Numbered from the stretch's first letter, positions 9,665-21,642 are shown. The stretch: DNA of 64,000 nucleotides from an uncultured delta proteobacterium (GCA_963847445.1 CAWJZV010000014.1:96001-160000), one strand, 5' to 3'. Program-made: numbers and translations. The notes: generated from the letters alone by a model not told the origin.

Positions 9665-10862
9665 CTAACGAACGATTTGACTCACGCCCTGGGTTAGCAA
9701 GTCGTTGATGATTGCATCGTCATATCCCAATTCTCGGAGAATCTTCTGCGCTCTGCTCGCCCACCAGCGGCGGCGGCTGCGGCGTCTTGTCTTGGCGAGA
9801 TTGTCAAAATGCACCGGTCCGCCGACGAACTTTAGTTTGCCGGCCATGGGATGCTCGACCTCTTCGATCAGCCCGAGATGTTTGACCTGCGGGTCGTCGA
9901 GCACTTCGGCGACATCGTAGAGCGGCACCGCCGGCACGTCGTGGGCTTCGAGGATTTTCAACCACTCGCCGCGCGGCTTGGTTTTGAATGTCGGCGCCAG
10001 CGTCTGTTCCAGCGCCTCGTAGTTCTGCCGCCGTGCGTCGCGGGTTTTGAAACGCTCATCCGCGGCAATGTCCATGCGCTCGGCGGCCTTTAACAGTGCC
10101 AGCCAAAATTTTTCCGGCACCGAACAATGGATCGCCAAGCGGCTTGCCGTCCTGGCAAACCAGCGCGAACGCATGGGCGTTCTTCACCCGCGCCATGCGG
10201 TTGGGCACGTTGCCGGTGCGCAGATAACCGGCAGCGGTCTCGCCGATGAATGACAGCGTCGCCTGCAGCAGCGAAGTTTCGACGCGGCAGCCGACGCCGG
10301 AATCGTTCCGCGCCAAGAGCGCCGCGAGAATACCGTAGCCGGCGGACAGTCCGGTGACGTAATCCGACACCGCCATGCCCATGACTTTGGGATCGTCGGG
10401 ATCGCTGAGCAGACTCAACAAACCGCTCATCGCCTGCCCTAGAGTATCGAAGCCCGGCTTCTCGGCATAAGGCCCGCTCTGGCCGAACGCCGAAATCGAA
10501 CAGTAGACTAATTTTGCATTGAGCGCTTTCAGCGTCTCATAGCCGATGCCCAGTCGGTCCGCCGTGCCGGGGCGAAAGTTTTCCACGAACACATCGGCTT
10601 TCTTGAGCAGCTCGATGCCGATCGCCTTGCCTGCCGGAGCTTTCAAGTCCAGCACTAAACTTTCTTTATTGCGATTGAGATGAGCGAAGTTGAAACTGAA
10701 CGCCGGGTCCGGCGCAAAGTAGCGGTAAGGATCGCCGTCCGGCGCCGACTCGATCTTGATCACCCGCGCGCCGAGATCCGCCAACAACGCCGTCGCGTAG
10801 GGCCCGGTGACGAAAGTTGCGCACTCAACCACCGTGATGTTGTCGAGGATTTTTACCGGCAT
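9665..10862 (-). CDS. family III CoA-transferase (CaiB/BaiF), frameshifted ~10140 and ~9785
   Basis: LADLGARVIKIE, NRNKESLVLDLK, DVFVENFRPG, ISAFGQSGPY. Confidence 0.9.
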
Positions 10863-11079
10863 GAATTTCTTCCCGCGCTAATCTTCCACGGATCAGCGCG
10901 CCTTGCAACGCGGCGACGAGGATTAATGATGATCGCCGCAGCGTAGAGACGAATCGACTGGAAACGGAAGAATTCTGCCAGGACTGGCAATCGAGAGAGT
11001 GGGAAGTTGCCAGCGACGGTGAGGTTAGAAGCGGGGCAAACTTGTTTATGGCAATCGCCATAATCGGAACAGATACAAA

Positions 11080-11775
11080 CTACTCCCCCGGCATAAAGCC
11101 TTTGACTGAAATATCGATGCCGTTGCCTTCGGGATCGTGCAGGCGGAATTCGGCGAAGGGAATCCGTTGCGGCCTTGCGGCGCCGCGGCGCACGCCGGCC
11201 TTTTCGGCCCGGTCGCGGGTCTCTTCGACATCGCGGATCTTGAAGCCGAAGTGGTTGAAGCCGTTTTTCTCCTCGCGCACGCGCTGGTAGAGCAGCGCCT
11301 GATTGAAGTAGCCGTCGGAAACGAAGATCGAGCCGCGATCGGTGCTGCCGACCGGCTTCAAACCGAACGCCGCTGCATAGAAGTCGGCCAGCCGCCGTGG
11401 ATCGGCGGTGAATAGCGCCAGATGGCGGATCGGGAACGGCGTTTTCGCTGTCGATGCACCAAAGCTGCGGCTCGAAATATCGATTAGATTCTTGTCCGGA
11501 TCCGTCACTTGAAACTCACCGTGCGGCGACGGCGCGCTGCCCTTCTCAGCTTTCAGCCGCACACTTTCCAGGCTGTCGACAAGGAAGCCGGTAGCATGGA
11601 GTCCGGTGCGCGACGCATCATTTTCCTTGAGCAAAGCCAAGGTAAACACACCGTCTGACAAACGAATCGAGTTCGGCGCCTCGGAAACCGTTTCCAGTTC
11701 GAAAACCGCGCGGTAAAAATCCGCCAATCGTGCCGGTTCGCTCGCTTTGATCGTGAGACTGCGCAGACATGCCAT
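11080..11775 (-). CDS. two-domain VOC/glyoxalase family protein
   Basis: Duplicated modules: IRHLAL...LADFY, SDG, NHFGF, DPEGNGIDIS. Confidence 0.85.
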   Translation of the reverse strand: MACLRSLTIKASEPARLADFYRAVFELETVSEAPNSIRLSDGVFTLALLKENDASRTGLHATGFLVDSLESVRLKAEKGSAPSPHGEFQVTDPDKNLIDISSRSFGASTAKTPFPIRHLALFTADPRRLADFYAAAFGLKPVGSTDRGSIFVSDGYFNQALLYQRVREEKNGFNHFGFKIRDVEETRDRAEKAGVRRGAARPQRIPFAEFRLHDPEGNGIDISVKGFMPGE

Positions 11776-11824
11776 CGGAACCTCCAGCGGAAAACGTTTA
11801 GCGATGAATTGCAGGAAACCATCC

Positions 11825-11840
11825 AGCCAATTTCATGCCA
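11825..11840 (-). promoter_or_regulatory. candidate sigma54 promoter
   Basis: TGGCATGAAATTGGCT, GG-N10-GC, 50 bp upstream of the VOC start. Confidence 0.5.
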
Positions 11841-12027
11841 GCGCTTGCGCGGCCGTTCTAGAGGCGCACGAATGGAATCGAAAGGGCAATGAGTCTGAGG
11901 ACTTGGTCGACCGGAGAGACAGAAACAGTCTGCTTGCCGCGTCAATCGATTGTTGAATCCGGGAATTCGTCGCGGCTTGATTCTAATTCCTGAGAATTCA
12001 TCAGCGCTCGCGGTTAAACGATTCCCG

Positions 12028-13275
12028 TCATCGCGGCGCGACTAAAATCTCATCCCGCGGAAAGTAATCCATGATCTCGGCGCCGTTCTTCGTCACCACC
12101 AGCATGTTTTCCAAGCGCGCGCCGCCGACTCGGGTCGCGCCTTCGCGCGATTCCACCGCCAGCGTCATGCCTTCTTCGAAAACCTGCGGGTGATCGAAGG
12201 ACCATAGGCGATTGATGATCGGAATATCGTAGCCGGTGTTGGTGCCCAGGCCGATGCCGTGGCCGATTTCGCTGGCGAGGATTTCCACTTCGCTCTGGTA
12301 ACCCCACTTGGTTGCCGGCGGAAAATGTTTCGCCGCGTCCGCCGTGGTCTTGCCCGGTTTGATTTCGGAGATGACCAGATCGAGCCGCTCGCGCACTTCC
12401 TTGTACCAGTCTTGCTCCTTCGCCGTCGGCTTTCGACCGACGATGAAGGTCCGGTAGGTGCAGCTGCCGTAACCCATGTAGGTCGCGCCGCAGTAGGAGC
12501 CGTAAACCATGTCGCCGAACTGAATCACCCGGCTGGTGGCGTGCGGGCCGCGGTCGAAGGTCGTCGGCCCGGTGCGCCAGCCGCCGGGCACCGAGCCCTC
12601 CAGTCCCATCTCCCAGCCGGCGCCGGAGGCGATGCGCATCAGATCGGTGTCGCGAATGCCCGGCTTCAAATTTTCCCAGACGCGATACCAGACGCCGTCG
12701 ACCATCGACGCACAGGTCTTGAGACAATCGATCTCGTCCTGGTTTTTGATCATGCGCGCTTCGAGCATGAGGTTGCGCGAATCGACGATATTTTTCACGC
12801 CGGCGTTGACCAGCGCTTCGCGGGCGTTGCCGTCGAAACTGCCGAGCGCCAGCTTCTCGCCGAGCAGGCCGCGTTTTTCCAACTCAGATTTAATCTCGCC
12901 CGCGAACGCTTTGGCCTCGTCGGCACACGCGCCGGGGCCCGGCGCGCCGCTCAACCAAGAATGCGCCGGCCGCCATTCTTTGATCCACGGGCATTGATCC
13001 GGCATCTGATGAAAATAGCCGTCGTGCTCGTACATCACCGGATCATGCTCGGCGAAGAACAACACGTAGCGGCACATCGGATAAGTGAATCCGCGTAGCG
13101 CGGTCAGGTAGCGAATATTGTGATGATTGGCTTCGAGCAGCGCGGCGACGCCATGTTTTTTCATGATCGTCTGCGCCCGCGCCACGCGCTGGTTGCGCAT
13201 GCGTTCGGTATTGAGCCGCTCTTGCCAATCCGCGGTTTCCGGACCGAAGGTCAGTTTCGATGAGTATTGAACCAT
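12028..13275 (-). CDS. M24 (Xaa-Pro peptidase/creatinase) fold protein
   Basis: ARMIKNQDEI, GHGIG, EGMTLAVE, GGARLENMLVVT. Confidence 0.85.
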   Translation of the reverse strand: MVQYSSKLTFGPETADWQERLNTERMRNQRVARAQTIMKKHGVAALLEANHHNIRYLTALRGFTYPMCRYVLFFAEHDPVMYEHDGYFHQMPDQCPWIKEWRPAHSWLSGAPGPGACADEAKAFAGEIKSELEKRGLLGEKLALGSFDGNAREALVNAGVKNIVDSRNLMLEARMIKNQDEIDCLKTCASMVDGVWYRVWENLKPGIRDTDLMRIASGAGWEMGLEGSVPGGWRTGPTTFDRGPHATSRVIQFGDMVYGSYCGATYMGYGSCTYRTFIVGRKPTAKEQDWYKEVRERLDLVISEIKPGKTTADAAKHFPPATKWGYQSEVEILASEIGHGIGLGTNTGYDIPIINRLWSFDHPQVFEEGMTLAVESREGATRVGGARLENMLVVTKNGAEIMDYFPRDEILVAPR

Positions 13276-13518
13276 GATCGCGCTCCTGGATATCTCAAGT
13301 GATCACGCTGCTCGCAGCGTGGAACCATCAAATGGGGTTTCCAAAGGGGGCGAGCATCCCCTTTGGCAATTTTAATAAGCACCGCGGTCAACACCCTGGT
13401 CGCGCAGTGGCTTCGTTTACTGAACGGCGCAAACTTATCTGGAACGGTTTAACGCTTCAACACTGACTAGTCTCCGTCGCAGACAATGGATTGCCTCACA
13501 ATCCGGTCACGGAAAGAT

Positions 13519-13632
13519 CCGTCATGCCGGTGAAAACCGGCATTCAGGTGACGGATAGCGTCCGTCATACCGTTGGAAAACGGTATCCAGGTGGATGATG
13601 GGTCTGGATTCCGGCCTGCGCCGGAATGACGG
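13519..13632. repeat. CGTCAT-type REP cluster (3 units)
   Basis: ccgtcatgccggtgaaaaccggcattcagg, ccgtcataccgttggaaaacggtatccagg, inverted ctggattccggcctgcgccggaatgacgg. Confidence 0.8.
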
Positions 13633-13717
13633 ATAGGAGGCAAATCGTCTCGCTGGAAGACCCTTGATTGCCAAGCGTGAACGAATGTAGTGTCTAGCAG
13701 GAAAGAGAACCAAGCCT

Positions 13718-14703
13718 ATGAAGAACTTACTACGGAGCCTCACCTGTTTTGGCCATGCTCAGCCTCTGTGCATCGGACGCCATTGGCGCCGAGCGCATCA
13801 CCGCCGCTTACACGAGCATCGCCGCCGCCTACGCGCCCTTCTGGGTGGCCAAGGACAAAGGCATCTTCGACAAATACAACTTCGATACGCGATTGATCTA
13901 CATGCGCGGCACCGTGCCGACGCTGGCGGCGCTGGCCAACAGCGAACTCGACTTCGTCCAATCGGGCGCCTCGCCGTTTATTCCCTACGCAGCCAAGGGC
14001 GGCGACGTGGTGCTGCTCGGCTGCTTGGCGAATAAGGTGATCGACTATGTGCTGATCGCCCACCCGTCGATTACTCGCATCGAACAGCTTGCGCGGCAAG
14101 CCCATCGGCATCAGCCGGGTCGGCGATCAGACCCATCATTATGTCCGGGAAATTCTCAAACGCTACGGCATCTCGCTCAAGGAGGTGCGCTTGGTGCAGA
14201 CCGGCCTGCAACCCGAGCGAGTCGCGGCGCTGCGCCAAGGCTTGACCATGGCGAGCATTCTCAACCGGCCCAATAATCTGCCGCTGGAACAAGAGGGTTA
14301 TAAACGCTTGCTCGACATCGAGGATCTCAAACTGCCCGCCGGCGTGCGCTGCCTGATCACGACAAAGAAAATCATCAAAACCAAACCGGCCATGGTCGAT
14401 AATTTTGTCATGGCCTGGCTCGAATCGGTGCGCTTCATCCTCACCCAGAAGCGCGAGACCAAGCAGGTCATCGCCAAATACACGCTCAACACCGACGACG
14501 TTCATCTGGAAGAAGCCTGGAATACCTTAGCGACGCAAACCGAGGTCCCGCCCTACGCCTCGGTCAGCCAGCTCCAAGGTCAGGCCAACATGATGGCCGA
14601 AGACCAGCCCGACCTCGCCCGCTTCGACGCCAAGGTGATGGTCGACAACAGCATTATCAAGAAGCTGGAAGACTCCGGCTGGATCAAGAAGCTCTTTCGC
14701 TAA
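13718..14703 (+). CDS. ABC substrate-binding protein, SsuA/NMT1 type (frameshifts ~13745, ~14090)
   Basis: PFWVAKDKGIFDKY, GKPIGISRVG, VDNSIIKKLEDSGWIKKLFR. Confidence 0.85.
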
Positions 14704-14720
14704 GAGGAGAGAAAAAGATC

Positions 14721-14801
14721 TCACCACGAAGGCACGAAGCGCACGAAGGTCGGAGCAAGGTATTTTCCGAAACCTTCGTGTCCTTCGCGCCTTCGTGGTG
14801 A
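14721..14801. repeat. CACGAAG-array hairpin element
   Basis: tcaccacgaaggcacgaagcgcacgaag ... cttcgtgtccttcgcgccttcgtggtga; 6 copies in the window. Confidence 0.85.
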
Positions 14802-15020
14802 AAAATCTCCATCTCGGCGACCTTCGCCACTCGGCAAGAATGCGGTATCGATCACGCCCAGTCCCTTTCCCGTGCGGCGACAAATCATCTCTGCGCCAGC
14901 TCGGAAACCTTACCTCTCATTTTCTTCGAATCGCCATAGCAGCGGACACTAGCTTGGAGTTATTGTCGTATCAAGCTATCGCTTGCTATCTTGCAGCTGC
15001 CTAGTTACAGAACATGAATA

Positions 15021-15966
15021 ATGAAATTTCTCATTAGCAAGCTCGCGGCACTGCTGCTTCTGATCTCCGCTGTGCCGCCCGGCTTCGCCGCCGAACGGCC
15101 GCTGGAAAAAGTCCGCATCGCGGTGTCGTCGAAGTCGTTGGGCTTCCTCGACACCTGGGCGGCCAAGGAGCGCGGCTTTTTTCGCAAACACGGCCTCGAC
15201 GCCGAGATCATCGCCATGCGCCCGCCGCTCACCATCGGCGCCCTGCAAGCCGGCGAGATCGATTACGCCATCGGCGCCAGCACCATCTCGCGCGGTGCCA
15301 TCTCGGGCGCGCCGGTGCGCATCGTCAGCTTGGCCTTACGCTCGTCGTTTCATACCTTGGTCGCTCGGCCCGCGATCAAGACCATCGCCGACATGAAGGG
15401 CAAGACCATCGCGGTGACCGTCGGCGCGGCCGATGACTTCGTCGCGCGCCATCTGTTGCGCCGCGGCGGTCTTGACCCGCGCGATGTCCATTTCGTCAAC
15501 ATGGGCGGGTCGGACACACGCTTTCCGGCGCTGCACGCCGGTACCATCGACGCATCGCCGCTCTCTCTGCCGTTTTTCGTCGTCGCCAAGACGACAGGGC
15601 TACAATCTGCTCGGCACCGCCTCGGATGTTCTCGACATGGCCACCGTCGGCATCGGCACGTCGCTCAAGAAAATCTCGCAGGAGCGCGAGCAGGTCAAAA
15701 AAATGGTCCGCGCCCAGCTCGACACGCTGCGCTGGATCAAGACGCAGAAAGCCGAGGTCGTGCCGTTTTTGCAGAAATTCTACGGCCTCGACGAGGGCAT
15801 GGCGGTGGAATCCCACGCGATCTATGCCAAATTGATCATCGACGACGCCCGCCCGCTGGCCGAAGCGATCAAGACCGTGCTCGACCAGCAGGGCAAACCG
15901 GATCTGCCGCTCGACCGCGTGGTCGACGCCTCGGTGGTCGAAGAAGTTCTGCGTGAACGGAGATAG
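15021..15966 (+). CDS. ABC substrate-binding protein, SsuA/NMT1 type (frameshift ~15590)
   Basis: AKERGFFRKHGLD, DMKGKTIAV, C-terminus in 15433..15966. Confidence 0.85.
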
Positions 15967-16018
15967 AATAGATTCTACAGACTTTGGTGTGGATAATGTG
16001 GCAAGTTCAACTTGTATG

Positions 16019-16096
16019 TTCACCACGAAGGACACGAAGGTTTCGGATGATTAAGATTCCGAACTTCGTGCTCTTCGTGTCCTCCTTCGTGGTGAA
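16019..16096. repeat. CACGAAG-array hairpin element
   Basis: ttcaccacgaaggacacgaag ... cttcgtgctcttcgtgtcctccttcgtggtgaa. Confidence 0.85.
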
Positions 16097-16134
16097 AACA
16101 TCGTCACGGTAAACCCGAAAGAACCGGAAAATAT

Positions 16135-17236
16135 ATGACTGACAACGATATTCGCATCATCGACATCGACGGCCATGTGCGCGAGGCCGATGATTTATTC
16201 GAAAAATATTTAGAAGCGCCTTTCCGCGCCCGCGCGCCAAAGGTCGAAAAAGTCGCCAACGGCCAACTGTTATTTCAAGCTCGAAGGCGAGCGCCATCAC
16301 CGCCGCCCGGACGAATCGCCGTTCCGCGTCAAAGACGACGGTTCGCCGGTCAACGAAGGGCGCCACCTCGCGACCAATCCCAAACAGCGCCTGGAAGCGA
16401 TGGACCGCGACCGCATCGAGCGCGGCCTGATGTTTCCATCCGCCGGTTTGTACTTAACGTCGGTCGAAGAAGAAGCCTATGCCGCGGCGCTCTGCCGCGC
16501 TTATAACAATTGGCTCTACGACTACTGCGGCGAAGACCGCAAACGCTTGATGGGCGTGGCCGCCGTGCCGGTGCAGGACGTCAAGCTCGCCATCGACGAA
16601 GCCAAGCGCGCGGTTAAAGAACTAGGCTTCAAAGGCATCTTCGTCAGACCCAATCCGGTCAAAGGCCGCAACATCGACGATCCTTACTACGACCCGCTGT
16701 ACAAGACCGTCGTCGATCTCGGCGTGCCGCTGTTGCTCCACGAGGGTTCGGGCGCGTTCCTGCCCACCGCCGGCGCCGACCGCTTCGTCGGCCAGTGGTT
16801 TTTCACTCACACGATATCCCATCCGCTGGAGCAGATGCTCGCCAGCCTGGGCATGATCTGCAACGGCACACTGGAGCGACATCCCGAATTGCAGTGCGTA
16901 TTTCTCGAATCCGGCGCCGGCTGGCTGCCCTATTGGCTCTGGCGCATGGACGAGCACTACGAAGTCCTGCCTTTCCAAGTGCCCTGGCTAAAAATGAAAC
17001 CGAGCGACTACTTTCGCCGCCAGTGTTTCATCTCCTTCGAAGCCGACGAAACCCGCTTGGGCCAGGTGATCGAATCCATCGGCGCCGACCATGTCGTATT
17101 CGCCTCGGACTATCCCCATTGGGACGCAACCTTCCCCGGCGTCACCGACATGATTATGAATCGCAAGGATTTGGACGCCGACACCCAGCGCAAGATCATG
17201 GGAGAGAGCCGCGCAAGATTGTTAAGGTTGGATTGA
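16135..17236 (+). CDS. amidohydrolase_2 family protein (frameshift ~16278)
   Basis: IIDIDGHVRE, RAYNNWL, LHEG, FLESGAGW, FASDYPHWD. Confidence 0.9.
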
Positions 17237-17326
17237 ACTGTAACGGTTAACGGGTGTCGGCTATTGTTTTTTCGCGGAAAAAGTTGCCTTTCCCCTTCGC
17301 GACGAAATACAATTTAAGGAGGTTTT

Positions 17327-18103
17327 ATGGCAGACACACCAAAACTAGTTTCTTCAATGGGCCGCGCCGAGCTCGATAAGATCTACGTGCGCAATTACGA
17401 TCTGAATAAAGACCTGCTCGGCAAGATCAGCTTCGCCCAGATGGTTTGCTTGATGCTCGAAGGCCGGCTGCCCACTGCCGAAGAAGGCCGGATGATCGAC
17501 ACCATGCTGATCGTGCTGGTCGATCACGGCATGACCACCGGCGCGGCGGCGGCGCGCATGACTTTTCATTCCGCGCCGGAAGCGATCCAGGGCGCGGTGG
17601 CGGCGGCGATCCTCGGCGCCGGCAGCGTGCATCTCGGTTCGTCGGAGCACTGCGCGAAAATGCTCAACGACGCCTTGTCCAAGGAAGCCAAAGACGCCGA
17701 TCTCGACGCCGTGGCGTTAAAAACCGTCGAACGGCGCTTGGCCAACAATCAACTGATTCCCGGCATCGGCCATGGCATCCACACCGGCGGCGATCCGCGC
17801 GCCCACCGCTTGTTCGAAGTCGCCGAGGAAACCAAGGTGTATGGCCGCAACTGCGAGCTGTTGAAGAAGATCGGCAAGATCGCCGACCAGAAAGTCGGCA
17901 AACATCTGCCGGTGAACGTCACCGGCGCCATCGCGGCGATCTCCCTCGACATGGGATTTCACTGGCAGATGTCGAAGAGCTTCGCGATCCTCGGCCGCGC
18001 CTTGGGCGGCCTCGCCCATGTCGGCGAAGAAATCCGCCGGCCCATCGCCCGCGGCATATCGAATCTGATTCGGGATAATTTGCAGTATGAACCGGAGAAG
18101 TGA
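17327..18103 (+). CDS. citryl-CoA lyase / citrate synthase family protein
   Basis: VDHGMT, VHLG, IPGIGHGIH, DPRA, PVNVTGAIAA. Confidence 0.85.
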   Translation: MADTPKLVSSMGRAELDKIYVRNYDLNKDLLGKISFAQMVCLMLEGRLPTAEEGRMIDTMLIVLVDHGMTTGAAAARMTFHSAPEAIQGAVAAAILGAGSVHLGSSEHCAKMLNDALSKEAKDADLDAVALKTVERRLANNQLIPGIGHGIHTGGDPRAHRLFEVAEETKVYGRNCELLKKIGKIADQKVGKHLPVNVTGAIAAISLDMGFHWQMSKSFAILGRALGGLAHVGEEIRRPIARGISNLIRDNLQYEPEK

Positions 18104-18163
18104 AGATCATTCGAAGGCGCAAACGCGGCTCTGGAGTGTTGGAGTGATGGAGTGATGGGAAGA

Positions 18164-19175
18164 ATGAGGATAACAGCGTTGCGCCGCAAGACCTTGCGGT
18201 CATGATCGTATTGTATTGTCAGTCTCGCGTTAGCGGTCGCCGTCCACGCCCAGCTGCGCAAGATCAACATCGCCTACACGGCGACTAGCCCGTATCAAGC
18301 GGTGTTGATCGTCGCCAAGGAAGTCGGCTTGTTCAAGAAGCACAACCTCGATCCGACCTTGGTTTTCACCACCGGCGGCTCGCTGGGCATCCAGGCCATG
18401 CTCGGCGGCGATGTCGCGATGACGTTATCGGACGGTTCGTCATCGGTGGCGCAGCAAGATCGCCGGCGTCGATGTGCTCGTCATCGCCAGTCTGTTGAAC
18501 ACTTTCCCCTACAGCCTGATCTCGCTGCCGGAGATCAAGAAGGTCGATCAGTTGAGAGGCGCCAAGATCGCCGTCAGCCGTTTTGGCAGCGCAACGGATT
18601 TGAGCGTCAAGATGGCGTTGGCGCGAGTCGGATTGAACGCCGAGAAAGATGTCACGCTGTTACAGATCGGCGTGCAGACCGCGCGCTACGCCGCGATGCT
18701 ATCGAAGAACGTCCAGGCGACGATTATCACGCCGCCGTTTACCCTCACGGCGCGCAAGGCCGGCATGAACACGTTAATCGACATGGGCGAATTGAACATA
18801 CCGTTTCAATTGACCGGCTGTTGGCATTGCGGCCGTATCTGAAAAGCAATCCCGACATGGTGTTGTCGGTGATCCGCGTGCTGTCTGAAGGCATTCATTT
18901 CTACAAACGTGAAAAAGAAGCGACGCTGAAAATTCTCGGCAAGTATTTGAAAACCGACGACCGCGAGGCCCTCGAAGAGACCCATCGCGAGATCGCCGTC
19001 AAAGTCGCTGCCGGAAAAACCTTATCCGACTCTGGCGGGAATCAAGACCATCCTCGACGAGACCGCCCTGCGCAATCCCAAAGCCAAGGGCATGAGGCCC
19101 GAAGACTTCGTCGACTCGAGTTTCGTGAAAAAAGTCGACGATGAAGGATTGTTCGAGCGCCTGTATCGACGCTAA
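18164..19175 (+). CDS. ABC substrate-binding protein, SsuA/NMT1 type (several frameshifts)
   Basis: AQLRKINIAY, AKEVGLFKKH, LRGAKIAVSRFGSATD, EDFVDSSFVKKVDDEGLFERLYRR*. Confidence 0.8.
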
Positions 19176-19205
19176 TTTCGCGAAAGCCTTATCGAGGAGG
19201 AAGGG

Positions 19206-19794
19206 ATGATCGGTGCAATGAGCAAGGTTTTCGCCCAAGTCATCTTCGTGGCAATCTATCTAGGGGTGAGCCCGGCCGACATCGGCGCTCAGGACATAAC
19301 CGCCTGCGGTGTGGTGAACGGCGACAATGCGCAAAAGTTCGTCGGCGGGCCGCTGGATGTGAAGGAACCTGCCAAGTGCGCCGATCGGCAACGCGCCGGG
19401 CGCCTACAGTTCAGTCTGCACTTACGTCGCCCGCGGGCGTGGACGTGGAGAAAGCGCTCACGTCGCCGCGCTTGCTCGATCTCACCCTGCACTTCTTAGA
19501 TTCGCCGGATTCGATGGCGATGATCTTTGCGAACTCGGTTATCGAATATAACCAATTGACAATCTCGCCGGAATCCACGTTCAAAAACGCGACGATCAAC
19601 TCCCCTCACCGGCTTCGGCGATAAGGCTTTCGTCTTCGAAGCGATCACCGATCCCACAGTCCGGCTACAAATCGGCGCTGATCGTTTTTTACAAAGGCCG
19701 CATCGGCGGCAGCATCGCCGCTTGGAAGAAGCCCGAGCCGGCGTTGGAAACCAGCAAGGCGGTGTTGAAATTCATTCTCAGCCGGCTGCCATGA
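19206..19794 (+). CDS. secreted hypothetical protein, paralog A (frameshifted)
   Basis: Signal peptide; DITACGVV...AQKFVG...VCTY...YKSALIVFYKGRIGGSIAAWKKPEPALETSKAVLKFILSRLP*. Confidence 0.7.
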
Positions 19795-19865
19795 CGTTGG
19801 ACCAATCGAACCACGATTCGCGCACCACGCGCAATGAACTTGCTCATCCAGGACAGGGCATATCG

Positions 19866-20447
19866 ATGAACCTTTAAAAAATCCTCTTGCTAACGGTTGG
19901 CCTACTGTCAAACTGCCGCCTGCTCGCTAGCGCGGCGGAATCTTTCGATATCAGCCGCCTGCGCAACCGTTACAGCGGCGGACGCCGAGAAATTTATCGG
20001 CGCGCCCTGGACGTCACCAAGATCGACAAGAAAATCATGATCAATGCGCCATGGACGCCATGACTCTCTATGCACCTACCTGCCGCAGGGCGTAAAAACC
20101 GACGACCCCACGGAGATCGCCCGCTTTCTCGATGTCAGCTTGCGATTTTTTCCGACGGCGGAAGCGGCGCAAGCGATTCACCAGGCGACCCTTGGAGCAG
20201 TTTCGCAAGATGGCCGGCAGTCCGGATAGCGCCATTCAAAATCATCGCCATCACACCCATCGACGGACTCAACGCCAGCGCATTCTACGTCGAGCTCCAG
20301 GCCGACCCGCAGTCGGATTACAAATCCGCCATGATCACGTTCGTGAAAGATACCATTGGCGGCGCCGTCAGCGCGTGGAAGAAACCGGAATCGTCGTTGG
20401 AGCTGAGCAAAACCGTCCTGCAACATGTCCTGGCCAAGTTACCGTAA
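19866..20447 (+). CDS. secreted hypothetical protein, paralog B (frameshifted)
   Basis: ACATVTAADAEKFIG...SLCTY...YKSAMITFVKDTIGGAVSAWKKPESSLELSKTVLQHVLAKLP*. Confidence 0.7.
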
Positions 20448-20469
20448 ACAACCGAGTCAAGGAGGATTC

Positions 20470-21506
20470 GTGAAAACTCCGCGCCTGCTTCTGCTCTATC
20501 TGTAATCGGCCTCTGGCAATCGCCGGCAGCTTTCGGTCAATCCGACTTTTTTCGACCGGCAAGCAGATCAAAATCGTCGTCGGCTTTTCCGCCGGCGGCA
20601 TCATCGATCTGTGGGCGCGGCTGTTCGCTCTCTATCTCGGCAAATATCATTCCCGGCAACCCGACCCTGGTCGTGCAAAACCTCCCCGGCGGCGGCTCGA
20701 TGATCGCGGCCAATCAGTTGTACAACGTCGCCAAGCCCGATGGCCTCACCGTGGCCATGTTGTCATCGGGACTTTATTTCGACCAATTGCTCGGCGCCAA
20801 GGAAGTCAAGTACGACTGGGCCAAGTTCGGTTGGATCGGCTCGCCGGTGAAGAATTTCGAAGTGCTCACCATGCGCAACGACACGCCCTACAAAACCATT
20901 GAGGATATTCAGAAAGCCGCCCAGCCGCCGCGCTGCGGCACCACCGGCAGCGGCGCCACGGGCCACTACTTTCCGAAATTTCTCGACGATGCGCTGGGCG
21001 CCAAGTTTCAGCTAGTGCTCGGCTATCCCGGCAACCGCGATGTCGAGATCGCCATCGAACGGGGCGAAGTCCACTGCTACGCCATCACCAAGGAAGCGTT
21101 CCTGCGCGAACCGGGACGTAGCTGGCTCAAGAAAGGGTTTGTCCGCGCCCTGGTCCAGGGCGGACAGAAACGCGACCCGCTGTTTCCGGATACGCCGACC
21201 ATCCATGAACTCATGGATAAACATAGAACACCCGATGCGCTCAAACGCTTCGCCGCCGTGCTGCTCTCCGTCGGCGCCATCGGCCGGCCGTTGGTCACAC
21301 CGCCGCATCTGCCCGCCGGCCGGCTGGCCATCTTGCGCGACGCCTATGCGAAGATGCTCAACGATGCGGAATTTCTCGCCGAGGCGAAAAAACGGGAATG
21401 GGAAGTCGAGTACATCAGCGGCCAGGAACTCGAAGCGATCGCCAGGAAGTCGGTCAACCAGCCACAGGATGTCGTCGACAGACTGCGAAAGACCCTGCGC
21501 GACTGA
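20470..21506 (+). CDS. tripartite tricarboxylate transporter substrate-binding protein (Bug/TctC), 5' part frameshifted
   Basis: IKIVVGFSAGG, QNLPGGGSMIAAN, KPDGLT, GYPG...AIERGEV. Confidence 0.85.
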
Positions 21507-21642
21507 CGGGCTATCGGCCGGGTGCGGCAAGACCGCAAGGACATTATTCACCACGAAGTGAACCAGAGCTGTACGCACGCCCACGGACACATGAAAATGC
21601 GGATGGATTCCTTCCGCAGAGCGCGCAAATGGCTTGCACAAG

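Noticed and set aside
11047-11063. Palindrome ttatggcaatcgccataa as a regulator site
   Set aside because: Single occurrence just after a stop codon; cannot be distinguished from a weak terminator or chance.
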